From NCBI GenBank assembly GCA_964188305.1, contig OZ076890.1: 64,000 nt of DNA. One strand, 5' to 3'. This document shows positions 26,760 through 38,055 of the stretch, piece after piece. Made by a program: the position numbers and the translations under genes. Below the pieces are notes generated by a model that was not told where the DNA came from, searched no databases, and saw only the letters and a list, made by a program, of their open reading frames with translations. The stretch's first letter is position 1. Each line of letters opens with the position of its first letter. Source of the stretch: Podarcis bocagei (Eukaryota).

Positions 26760-27761
26760 TTCCAGGTGGAAAAGTCAAAATTAGAAACAGAACTGTTAGA
26801 ACCCAAAACTAAGAATCTGTCAAGAATGTATAACTTGCTGTTGAAATGGAATACTCAGGATGAAATGGTGAAATCTGCTATGATTAAATGGGCACAAGAT
26901 GTTGGACATAACATTATGTTTGCTGACTGGGAACAGTTATGGACTACAGGTATGAAGTTTACGGCATGTAATACCTTAAGAGAGAATATTATGAAAATGA
27001 TATACAGATGGTACATGACACCAGTCAAGCTTGCAAAAATCTATCATTTGCCTGATAACAAATGTTGGAAATGTAAAGAAACGGAAGGTACATTTTTTCA
27101 CCTTTGGTGGACGTGCCCAAAGATTAAGGCTTTCTGGGAAATGATATATAATGAACTGAAAAAGGTATTTAAATATACCTTCCTGAAGAAACCAGAGGCC
27201 TTTCTCCTGGGCATGGTCGGCCAATTGGTGCCAAAGAAGGACAGAACTTTTTTTATGTATGCTACAACAGCAGCAAGAATACTCATTGCAAAGTATTGGA
27301 AGACACAAGATTTACCCACTCTGGAAGAATGGCAGATGAAGGTGATCGACTACATGGAATTGGCAGAAATGACTGGCAGAATCCGAGACCAGGGAGAAGA
27401 ATTGGTGAAAGAAGACTGGAAGAAATTTAAAGACTATTTACAGAAATATTGTAAAATTAATGAATGTTAGAAGGATGTTGGATAGAAACTAAGGGGTTTC
27501 CAGCTGTAATGCTTTAGGAGATCCGAAAAACAAAAGGTTTATGAATGGGTAAGAGCTTAATGGTAAGGATTTGCTGAACTAACAAACTGAAGTGGACTAC
27601 AAAGAAGGGAGGTATGAGGTCTGGGGAAATAAGCATAAGGAAGATATATTATGGAAAATTATTTGTTTTTTTAACTGTTTTTAAGTTGTATTTTGTGTTT
27701 TTATTTTTTATTTTTTTATTGTTATATTTTAAAAACTTTAATAAATATCTTTTGAAAAAAA
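26760..27761 (+). mobile_element. 5'-truncated young L1-clade LINE (ORF2 C-terminus, 3'UTR, A-tail)
   Basis: Open 234-aa frame (26766-27470) with the L1 CCHC knuckle CWKC...GTFFHLWWTC. AATAAA near 27740 and an A-tail. 17-bp TSD TGAAAAGTCTGCAGCTG at 26743-26759 and 27762-27778. Confidence 0.92.
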
Positions 27762-28469
27762 TGAAAAGTCTGCAGCTGCAGCATTTTCACCCTGTCTCCT
27801 GCCAGTTGAGGTCCAATGCAGCTTGTTTCAACATCACGGGATATCGCCAAACCGCAATGTTTGGCTAGCAATACATCGCAATGTAGAAAACCTAACATCG
27901 CCCAGCCCTTCTGAGCCCTGCTCCTTGCAGCACTATTGATCCGTTTGATCCCATCTGTTGACAGGGGGTTAAATTAGCAACTTAGCAAGCAAAGTCTTTT
28001 ACTCACAGTGTAAAAAAAACCAAAGTTTGGGGGTGCAAGCGCAATCATAACTGGTACCATTGGTGAACGTTGGAAAGTAATAAATGGTAGAATTTAGATA
28101 ATATTTGGAGTGTTAAAGGGAAGGTGTCTGGCCAAGGACTCACCTGGGATAGAAATTGCTAAGAATGACAAAAGTTGCTGGAAGCAAGTCATTAACACAT
28201 CAGTGAAAACCCTCTTCAGGGCAAGAGATTCTCTGCCAGTGGAGGGGAGGGCGTTCCCATGGTTACCATGGGTGGAGAAAGCTTTAGGGCAAGGTTCTTT
28301 CTGTGGCACCCCTGTGGGGCTCGGGAGCTCAGTTATGTCACCCCTTGCCTGCAGAGCTCGCAGCCTCTCATCCTTCTTCAAACACCCTCCCTTGTGGAGC
28401 ATTCCATCAGCCTCCTCTCCTCTCTCCTTGGGAGTCCTCCAGGCAGCCATTCACAGCCCCGGCCCAGTA

Positions 28470-28690
28470 CAGTGGTACCTCAGGTTAAGTACTTAATTCG
28501 TTCTGCTGTTCTTAACCTGAAACTGTTCTTAACCTGAGGTACCATTTTAGCTAATGGGACCTCCTGCTGCTGCCGCGCTGCCTCTGCATGATTTCTGTTC
28601 TCATCCTGAAGCAAAGTTCTTAACCTGAAGCACTATTTCTGGGTTAGCGGAGTCTGTAACCTGAAGCGTATGTAACCTGAGGTACCACTG
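28470..28690 (+). mobile_element. MITE family A
   Basis: TIRs and TA TSD. Nested in L2. Confidence 0.92.
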
Positions 28691-29020
28691 TATACCTGAA
28701 GGAGCGTCTCCACCCCCATCGTTCTGCCCGGACACTGAGGTCCAGCGCTGAGGGCCTTCTGGCGGTTCCCTCCCTGCGAGAGGCATAGCTACAGGCAACC
28801 AGGCAGAGGGCCTTCTTGGTAGTGGCGCCCGCCCTGTGGAATGCCCTCACATCAGATGTCAAAGAGATAACCAACTACCTGACATTCAGAAGACATCTGA
28901 AGGCAGCCCTGTTTAGGGAAGCTTTTAATGTGTGATATTTTAATGTATTTTTTAATCTTTGTTGGAAGTCACGTAGAGTGGCTGGAGAGACCCAGCCAGA
29001 TGGACAGGGTACAATTAATA

Positions 29021-29045
29021 AATAATAATAATAATAATAATAATA

Positions 29046-29107
<62 letters not shown>
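29021..29107. repeat. (AAT)n(TAT)n compound microsatellite
   Basis: Seen directly. Confidence 0.97.
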
Positions 29108-30816
29108 CATCCAGGTCTCTGAGCTGCCTCAGCTCCTGGCAACCAGCACCCCCTTGCCAGCCCCAGAGGCACCATTCGCCTGCAGAGCTTGTAGCCAGGG
29201 CTGCTGCAACAAACATCTGCCTTTGGGAGGCAGAGACACAAGAGGGCATCAGAAGGAAGGAAAGAGGGAGAGAAGCCAGTGTTGTCCGCAGCACCCCTGA
29301 CCAGCATTCAAGCACCCCAGGATACAACGGCACATTGGTTGAAAACCACTGACTTAGGATATCAGCTTCCAGAATTAGGGAAACAGGAGAGGGGGCAGGC
29401 TGTACCCATGGGGGGGGGGGGAGAGTGTTGTTTGAACACTCTCTGAAGTAGGCCCAGGTGTAAATATGTGCACAATAAACCATATTTCTTAGTCTCCACT
29501 GTGCCCTGATTTCCCAGCAGAAACACAACCCTGGAACCCCCTTGTGGCATGCAACCTTTGTAGCAGTATTTTCTTTTACATTCCCCATTACATTAACACA
29601 CCAGAACCAAAGTAGCCTCGCCAAATAAGACAGCATTCCCTCCTCTCTCCCGATTAAAATTTGCCAGCACCAATTAATCAACGGTAGCTTCACCAATTCA
29701 ACCAATTAATCTATATGAAGGTTATTGGTTCAGACATTCTCAAAAACTTATGCCTAAGGCATGAAGTAACTTGTTGGTTCCCAACACTCATTTCTGTCTA
29801 AATTCCTGGTCCAAAGGTTCCTTATTGCAGATTTTCCTCACTACAGATTTACAGAAATTACTTTGTTGCCACGGTAACATAGTACACCCTAAAATTCTAT
29901 TCTGGTCCTTTGTTTACAATTTCCAAAAACTACAGCCATCACCACACTCTCTACACCTTCGAACAGCTATCATCCGTTTTTTTTATTACTTTTTGCAGGA
30001 TTTTAATTAAATTGCATCTGGTTCCCAACCACAGGTGCACACAGTCATCTTACTCCCCCCTGAGAATATTCTGCAATGCAGCTTGGGTCTTGTTGCAGCT
30101 TGCTTAGTGACACCGTGATCTATATCACCAAACAGAACAGTTTATAAATATTCTGCCTTCTGAGTCCCTTGCCAGTTCCAAGGCATGCAACTACAAGGTG
30201 TTAGAAGACTTGACAGAACATTTTTAAACAGTGCAAAATTTGTCAATTATTAATTGTGTGCGCACGCATTTCTCTGTGTGTTTCTTATATTTCAGAAGAT
30301 GCAACTGTCATTCATATTTTACTTCTAGATTTCTAAAAGCAGTCAAGTAATTGAACGCAGAAATTCACTTTGGCCTAACCCACCTTTAAATCAATTCCAT
30401 CTATGATTGTACACGTTCCCCTTTAGCTGTCAATGTGAACTATCAAGCTACAAGAAAAAAACAAACTTGGCTCTCCTTTCCTTGAGATTTCAGTGTTCAA
30501 CAAAGTATTTGAGAAAAGCACCAATAAATCCTTTTCGCTTCCACAGAGCTTCCAAGTTAGCACACAAACAACAACAGTTCTGTAAAGTTTCTTGGAAATT
30601 TATTTCTGGCCCTCATGGAACAAGGTTAACCATTGTCCCGGAAATAGCTCCTTTGCTTCAACAAGTATCTCTGCTCCTTGTTTTGCAGTTATTACAAATA
30701 CAAGAGCATTTTTCAAAGCCAAGTACTGGCAGTCCTATCCGGTGGCAAATCCTTCAAAATATCTTATACCTATACATTAGACTGTATATGGTGGAATAGG
30801 AAGCAGCCTACACCCT

Positions 30817-31114
30817 TGAAATATACTCGGAGTCGAGAGTGGATTTCATGCTCTTTATTCAGCTCATAGTGGTGAGGAGGAATGGAAGTTCCCCCAGAAT
30901 GTCTGCTTTATATACATTATTTACACAATGGGCCCCATGTGATTGGCTAATTCAGGGATTCTCCTGTAGGCCAATCAGGTTGCGGATTCACTTCCACCTG
31001 GAGCTGGATTGGGTGGCTCCTGTGGACCAATCAGACTGCTGCATTCTGGGTCCTATTGTTCTAGGACCAATCAGACTGCTGCATTTTGGATCCTATTCAA
31101 CTCAGTACATAACA
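30817..31114 (-). mobile_element. Solo LTR (298 bp)
   Basis: Minus strand TGTTATG...TTTCA. Perfect 5-bp TSD ACCCT (30812-30816 and 31115-31119). Repeated CCAAT boxes, TATATAAAG near 30906-30914 and AATAAA near 30854-30859 on the minus strand. Confidence 0.85.
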
Positions 31115-31219
31115 ACCCTGCAAGGGATTAACTTCAAAAACACATGCCAACTTCCGCAACCCACTCCTTTATGTGGTGCAAATAATGCCCAGTTTAACCA
31201 TGGTTAACTCTTTAAAGTT

Positions 31220-31450
31220 GGTTGGTTGGCATCCATCTGTCTCAGGAGACACTGGAAGAGTGTGCCTTTTGTGGAGATACAGAGCCTGCTCTGGCTATAC
31301 TGATATGGGAGAGACATGTTTGGCTGCAGCTGGGGCAGATGCTATTGAACCTGGCATCTGAAGCCACTTCGAAGCCAGCTGTCTATCTTGCTACTGCTGG
31401 AATAATTAACCAACATGAAACTCGAGGGAGGGCAATTCTCACCCCAGAAG
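31220..31450 (-). mobile_element. RTE-like 3'-end fragment
   Basis: Starts gttggttggcatccatctgtctcaggagacactgga, similar to 57042-57080. Right boundary uncertain. Confidence 0.4.
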
Positions 31451-31671
31451 GAAGAGGAAGCATGCAATCCCACAGCCCACTTTCAATTGCTTAGCTCACG
31501 ATTAAGCAATTGGTAGTATTACGTCTGCATCAGCAGTAGGTGGGAAGTGTAATATTTGTCACTTTCAGTCACACTGCTTTGAATTCTTATCACTTCCAAC
31601 CATACTTCCTGCCTTGCTGAGTTACTTGTTCACCATCATTTTCTAAAAATTTTTAAAAAGAGCATCATGTA

Positions 31672-31927
31672 CAGTGGTACCTCAGGTTACAGACGCTTCA
31701 GGTTACAGACGCTTCAGGTTACAGATGCCTCAGGTTACAGACTGCCAACCCAGAAATAGTACCTCGGGTTAAGAACTTTGCTTCAGGATGAGAACAGAAA
31801 TTGCGCTGTGGCGGTGTGGCGGCAGTGGGAGGCCCCATTAGCTAAAGTGGCACCTCAGGTTAAGAACAGTTTCAGGTTAAGAACGGACCCCCAGAACAAA
31901 TTAAGTTCTTAACCCAAGGTACCACTA
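31672..31927 (-). mobile_element. MITE family A
   Basis: TIRs and TA TSD. Extra copies of the subterminal caggttacagacgctt repeat. Confidence 0.9.
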
Positions 31928-32819
31928 TATATGCTTTTAGTGGTAGAGAGGAGGGGAAGTACACAGTGGGTTTTGGTTTTTAAAAACAAAAGTTCACAAA
32001 TGGCAAGATGTGGTATTAGTAGTGGCAGACCTGCATTAAAAATATATATATATTAATCAAATGGGCCACCTGTAAGAAGCCTCATATGCCAATGTAGCTC
32101 TGCAGTGTCTGGGTTTCTGCACATCTGCTAAGAAAGAACTATTGTTTGTCTTCATTCCACATTCCTTTCTTCACAAAGGTCATCTAGGCAGAACTAGGCT
32201 TTTATAGTGTAAATGCAGCGTTTTTAGGGAGGTGAATCAAGTTTCTGTGTACATAAACCACATGCAGTCTTCCCAGTGCAATTTCTATGGAAGGTTCTAA
32301 ATCACAGGGAGAGAACACTTGTTGAGAGGTCCTTTCAGAAGACCCCCAACACATGGGCCGTGGGGTGGAGATGGCAGGGGTGGGGCCATCAAGACCCTCC
32401 CTCTCCCCCCTCACACAGTTGTTAATTGCACCAGGGTCAAGGAGTGAATAGGGCTTGAGATTTGATGCAAATACAGACATTCTCCCGGAGGCAAAATGTT
32501 TGAGGATTTTTGAAGGCAGCCCCACGAGTGTCAGTAAGACTAGCAAAATTTATCTAGGGCATTTCCCACGTGCCTTCTTTAAATGAGCAGTAAACACAGA
32601 TACGTCCTTCAAGCAACATGTTTACCACGTGTTCAAAGTTTCGCAATAATTTGCTAGTATTATATACACCGGAATGTGCACAGTTCATGGGCTGCAAGTG
32701 TCCCCCGGTGTCCTATGAACTTCCCTTGACATTCTTGCACTTTCCTCCTCATCCTTTGACCATGCCCCTCTTGGCAATCTTCTCTCCTTCAGAACACTCT
32801 TCTTGCCCACTTTCACCAT

Positions 32820-32951
32820 CAGTAAGTAGAGGATAAGACTCTTCATCTCAGGTGTGTGGGTTCGAGACCCACGTTGCACAAAAGATTTCTACTTTGCAGG
32901 GGGTAGGGCTAGGTGACCCTGGTGCTCCTTTCCAACTCCACAATTCTGTGA
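32820..32951 (+). mobile_element. tRNA-Lys-derived SINE with CR1-like tail
   Basis: Same structure as 40512-40646 (agactcttcatctcagg...gggttcgagacccacgttg...tccaactccacaattctgtga). Confidence 0.75.
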
Positions 32952-33181
32952 CCAATCAGTTTTGCATGCAGAGGTGTCTATTGGGCTTACCTGTGTCAGT
33001 TACCTATTGAAACCCTTTCATATGCAGAGGGAGCAGCATATGGAAAGTAAATCTTGTTTTAAGGGTCAACTTTTAGGTCAGTGTTTCGCAATTAGCTAGT
33101 TACCAAAGACCCCCTATTTTTCAAAAGCCAAGCCACGGACCCCCTACTTTTGACGATTTCGATAACTCTATGGTAGTTACC

Positions 33182-33520
33182 AGGACGCGGGAGGTGCTGT
33201 GGGTTAAACCACAGAGCCTAGGACTTGCCGATCAGAAGGTCGGCGGTTCGAATCCCCACGACGGGGTGAGTCGCGTTGCTCGGTCCCTGCTCCTGCCAAC
33301 CTAGCAGTTCGAAAGCATGTCAAAGTGCAAGTAGATAAATAGGTACCACTCTGGCAGGAAGCAGTGCGCTGCTCTGTTTCGCAAGAAGCGACTTAGTCAT
33401 GCTGGCCACATGACCCGGAAGCTGTACACCGGCTTCCTTGGCCAGTAAAGCGAGATGAGCGCTGCAACCCCAGAGTCGGCCACAACTGGACCTAATGGTC
33501 AGGGGTCCCTTTACCTTTAC
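33182..33520 (+). mobile_element. Sauria-type SINE, full length
   Basis: tRNA-like head (B-box ggttcgaatcc), (accttt)n tail, and a 14-bp TSD CTATGGTAGTTACC at 33168-33181 and 33521-33534. Confidence 0.9.
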
Positions 33521-33578
33521 CTATGGTAGTTACCTCTGCAAAGCAATTTTTGAACCAAAGGTGGAAATATTTGAAGTA

Positions 33579-33825
33579 CAGTGGATGCTTGGGTTGCGAA
33601 CATGATCTGTGAGGGATGCACATTCATAACCTGCAGCGTTTTCAACCCGCAGCGGCGCATCTGTGCACGCGAGGGTTGCGATTCGGCGCTTATGTGCAAA
33701 GCACGTTTTAGTGCTTCTGTGCATGCGCGATATCCGAAACCCGGAAGCAACCCATTCCAGTACTTCCAGGTTTCGGCAGTCCATAACCCAAAAAAACGCA
33801 ACCTGAAGCATCTGTAACCCAAGGT
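33579..33825. mobile_element. Tigger-like MITE (related)
   Basis: TA|cagtggatgcttgggttgcg...tgtaacccaagg with a CpG-rich body. Confidence 0.7.
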
Positions 33826-33919
33826 TCTAGTCTAACTGTTCTTTCAGAGGATAGCTCCAATGTGACCTCTCATACTGAGCTCTAAGAAAGAAGTGTTGAG
33901 GAGCAGCAGGAAACGTTCT

Positions 33920-34500
33920 TCATATGTGGTAGACTTGTAAAAGGGTAAAAGAGTATTGGAAATAATCCATAATGAATTCAAAAAAATGTTTAAAAGTATT
34001 CCCCCCCCCAAAAAAATAGAGTCCTTTCTGTTGGGGATAATTCAGACTGAAATTCCCAGGTGTCAAAATTGTTATTTATGTATGCCACTACTGCAACCCA
34101 TGTTTCGTTAGCCCAAAAATGGAAAATGAGCGAGGTCCCAACTAAAAAAGAATGGCAACTTAAATTGACAAAACATGCACAGCTTGCAGACTTAACGTTT
34201 AGAATAAGAGAACAGAAAAACATACGTTTAGAGAAGACTGGAAAATGTTTATTGAATATATGGGAAATAACTGTGTACAGCTGAAAATGCTGCCACATTA
34301 AGATAAATTCAACAATGTAAATAAGTTTTGACGGATGTAATAATGAAATACTGAATGGCATAGTTTTTGTAAAATGTGCAGGGATTTATGATATGTAAAA
34401 TGAACCATGGAAAGAGAAGAAGGGAAATAATTGATATCTTAAGGATGTAAAATGAGTGTTTTAAATTGTAAAACAGAAAATTTAATAAAAATAATATATA
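33920..34500 (+). mobile_element. Degraded L1-clade LINE 3' end
   Basis: LFMYATTATHVSLAQKWKMSEVPTKKEWQLK is homologous to FFMYATTAARILIAKYWKTQDLPTLEEWQMK of the 26.8-kb L1. Ends with AATAAA and an A-rich tail. Confidence 0.8.
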
Positions 34501-34994
34501 TATGAAGTTGTAAAACAGGATACAACCTGACAATATCAGTCTAACATCAAAGAGGTAGAGAGGTCACCTTGAGAGGTTAAAGGTACTGGGATAGTCTGGG
34601 AATCTGGAGGTCTCTAGTTGTACCTGTCTTAACCCATGCAAAGACCCATTTTTGCAAGCTGCGTTGCACCCAAACTTCTAACACGCTTGCCATTGGTGTA
34701 GTTGCTCTGATGTCACAGGGTCCTTGAACTAGCAACTGAGGCTCCTCTTATATGAGCCTGCCCATCCATTCACATCAGTGAAGAAGACTCTCCTGTATTG
34801 GGGCTAAGTTTGGTTGCAAGGCAGGCAAGGGTTTATTCTATCATCTGCCCTGGAAGATTTGCCTGGGACCCACCTTAATGATTTTTTTGGCCACCTGTTA
34901 AAAATATTGTTTTGATAGGTGCTCTCATTTGATTTGACTGGTCATCATATCTGTTGCTCAGCTCAATTTTAACGTGTAATCATTATTATTTTAC

Positions 34995-35085
34995 CTTTAA
35001 TATTTTGTTGGAAGCCACCGAGAGTGGCTGGGGAAGCCCAGCCAGATGGGCGGGGTATAAATAATCAATAATAATAATAACAACA

Positions 35086-35130
<45 letters not shown>
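34995..35130 (+). mobile_element. L2-like 3' terminus with AAT/ATT tail
   Basis: ttgttggaagccaccgagagtggctggggaagcccagccagatgggcggggtataaat followed by a microsatellite. Confidence 0.8.
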
Positions 35131-35131
<1 letters not shown>

Positions 35132-35202
35132 GGCCACCATGATAATCCACAGAGAGAAGGAATATATGTTTAACTGAAATAAATAAAAGCAAAACAAGGA
35201 AA

Positions 35203-35250
35203 GGAGAGGAGAGGAGAGGAGAGGAGAGGAGAGGAGAGGAGAGGAGAGGA
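35203..35250. repeat. (GGAGA)n pentanucleotide microsatellite
   Basis: Seen directly. Confidence 0.95.
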
Positions 35251-36195
35251 AGTACCGGAATGTTTTTTGAATTGAAATTCCTATGGTCGATGAGCAATTT
35301 TTGTAAAATTAAACTGCCTACTCATTACAGGCTTTTGAATGACACTTCGTTGATGCAAATTGGTTGAGTGGTTTCTGAGCCTTTCAGTGGAAAGCTATTG
35401 ACCACAGGGAGAAAACACTTGCTATTTATGGTTATGTGATACTTCCAAGTTCATCTAATTCTTCAAACTAGATTATGTTGTTCCCAACGTAGGTTTCAAC
35501 GGCTTGTACAGAAGCACAGAAATATTACACCTCAGGTTTCACCGAAACAAGTTCTGAATTATTTATTTTAAAGCCTGGAGATTAACATATATCTTGAAGG
35601 TTCTGTTTTTAGTCCACAGTTTCACTTGCTAGCGAAATGCCAGCTGCAGCCAACCAGGAGGTACAAATATATTTCCTATTCTAAGTCTCTTTCTCTCATT
35701 GCTGCTTTGGGGTTTTCCTGTCCTGCGTTAGCTTCAGCAGTGTGTTTATATGAGATATTATTAACTCTCAAACCTCAAACACACATTGTAGCTCTCCAAA
35801 ATAGTGCCATATTAAATCAGACAATCCCGTGTGTGAGATATATGTAGAAGTCCACGTGAAATATTTTCTCTAGAATGTTGTCATTTGCAATTTAGCAGTC
35901 TTGTACAACCCAAAATGACCGTGCCTTCCAAGGACTGTGGTATTTTGATGATCTCAGAAGGGAGCAAGGCGCGGCATCCATCAAAGGAATATAATGCTGC
36001 AGTGAAACGCAGCGTCAGGTTCCTCCTCCTTTTCCTGTTAAATGAAAGTGTGACATTATGTCATCACGTTGTGGGTTTTCCCACGCCTGCTCTGCATTAT
36101 TGGCTGGGGAGTACACGGGAAACAGCACAGGAACAGCCAACAAGATGTCTTCCATGTCCAACAATGCCCATCAGCCCCTGCTGGGATCGTAGCAT

Positions 36196-36822
36196 GGGAC
36201 ACGGGTGGCGCTGTGGTCTAAACCACTGAGCCTCTTGGGCTTGCCAATCAGAAGGATGGCGGTTTGAATCCCCACAACAGGGTAAGCTCCCGTTGCTCTG
36301 TCCCAGCTCCTGCCAACCTAGCAGTTCAAAAGCACGCCAGTGCAAGTAGATAGATAGATACCACTGTAGCGGGAAGGTAAGCGGCGTTTCCGTGCGCTGC
36401 TCTGGTTTTCATCATGGTGTTCCGCTGTGCCAGAAGCATGCTGGTCACATGACCTGGAAAGCTGTCCGCAGACAAACGCTGGCTCCCTCGGCCTGAAAGC
36501 GAGATGAGCGCCCCACCACCTAGTCCAGGGGTCAGCAACCTTTTTCAGCTGTGGGCTGGTCCACAATCTCTCAGACCATGTGGTGGGCCAGACTATATTG
36601 TGGGGGGGGGGGACGAATTCCTATGCCCCACAAATAACCCAGAGATGCATTTTAAATAAAAGGACACATTCTACTCATGTGAAAACACACTGATTCCCGG
36701 ACCATCCGCAGGCCGGATTGAGAAGGCGATTGGGCCACATCCAGCCCCTGAGCCTTAGGTTGCCTACCCCTGCCCTAGTTGCCTTTGACTGGATTTAACC
36801 GCCCAGGGGTCCTTTACCTTTT
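36196..36822 (+). mobile_element. Sauria-type SINE interrupted by a hAT MITE
   Basis: Homologous to 33182-33520 on both sides of the 36526-36772 insert. Ends ggggtcctttaccttt. Confidence 0.88.
36526..36772 (+). mobile_element. hAT MITE, same family as 23944
   Basis: Similar body. TSD acctagtc/ccctagtt. Nested in a Sauria SINE. Confidence 0.87.
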
Positions 36823-37040
36823 TTTCATATACCTAGAGTGTACCATGTTAACTACCCTGCCATACCATGAAGCTGCACGTTTTCTTTGCTGCAAATTACA
36901 CGGTGACATGTGGGAACTTGACTAGGGTTTCTTATCCTCAGGGGTAACCTCGTGGTCTGTGCTATTTTGTTCTGGTCCCATTGCAATTCTCCCACTAGTC
37001 TCAGTAAATTTCAGTAGCCCCAACAAAGGCAATGGAGGGA

Positions 37041-37266
37041 CAGTGGTACCTCTGGTTACATACTTAATTCGTTCTGGAGATCCGTTCTTAACCTGAAACT
37101 GTTCTTAACCTGAAGCACCACTTTAGCTAATGGGGCCTCCTGCTGCTGCCGCGCCGCCGCTACGCGATTTCTGTTCTCATCCTGAAGCAAAGTTCTTAAC
37201 CCGAGGTACTATTTCTCGGTTAGTGGAGTCTGTAACCTGAAGTGTATGTAACCCGAGGTACCACTG
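37041..37266 (+). mobile_element. MITE family A
   Basis: TIRs and family-A body. Confidence 0.9.
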
Positions 37267-37917
37267 TACTCCAAAGCTAGTTGTCAGAGAACTGCATCCC
37301 AATGGAACAATCCATTCCCCTGTCAAATGGGTATATCAACATCAAAACTGGCTTCGTTCCCCTGAAGCTGTTATTAGCCCAAGGCGAAGGAGGCAACTTC
37401 TACTGCCCATTTTTGGCAGAGATGGGGTGGACTGGCCTCCCCTTCTATGCACCAAGTCCCTATTCTGATGGTGTCTCCTGTTCCTACTAAAGTGACAATA
37501 ATACAACTTCAAGTGGCACAGTTTAGTTTGGTCTAGAAAATCCATTTCATTAAATGACTTATGGATTACCATAGAAAATATTTGCTTCACCTGCCTTCCA
37601 GGTCACTATTCCACCAGAACTGTGATGCTGCATTTAACATCAAGGCATTGCGTATCTAATGATTATCACCCAATCACTTCAGGGTTGAGAGATACTTATT
37701 TTGAATGTCACTGAGCAGAGGGGGGGGGGTATCTGTAATTTTCATACTACTGATTATCTGCATTTTAGAACACCAATGAGCATAGTAAAATAAAGAAGCT
37801 ACGGACACGTATTAGAAGGATTCTAAGGCTGCACCCCCAAAAAAACATTAAAAGTACATAGCTTCCCCCAAAGAATAAAGGGAACTTGCAGAGCTACAAT
37901 TCCCAACACCCTAGGGC

Positions 37918-38055
37918 CAGCCTCTCTCAACCTGTGGGTCCCCAGAGGTTGTTGAACTACAACTCCCATCACCCCTAGCTAGCAAGGCCAGAGCTCAGGG
38001 ATGATGGGAGTTGTAGTCCAACAACATCTGGGGACCCACAGGTTGAGAAGTGCTG
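37918..38055. mobile_element. Palindromic hAT-like MITE, nested in an older palindromic element (about 37860-38097)
   Basis: Long inverted arms (ctcaacctgtgggtccccaga..actacaactcccatc / gatgggagttgtagt..tctggggacccacaggttgag) with a CTAG-core TSD. Related decayed copies near 1085, 6577, 41890 and 56545. Confidence 0.8.

Larger units (their letters stand above)
28457..29107 (+). mobile_element. L2-like LINE 3' fragment with nested MITE and (AAT)n(TAT)n tail
   Basis: cggcccagTA[MITE]TAtacctgaaggagcgtctcc... Same family as 15125. Confidence 0.87.

Noticed and set aside
28875-29705. Longest ORF in the track (276 aa, with poly-N and poly-Y)
   Set aside because: It runs through a trinucleotide microsatellite and an antisense L2 tail, starts at a non-ATG codon and has no recognisable protein motif.
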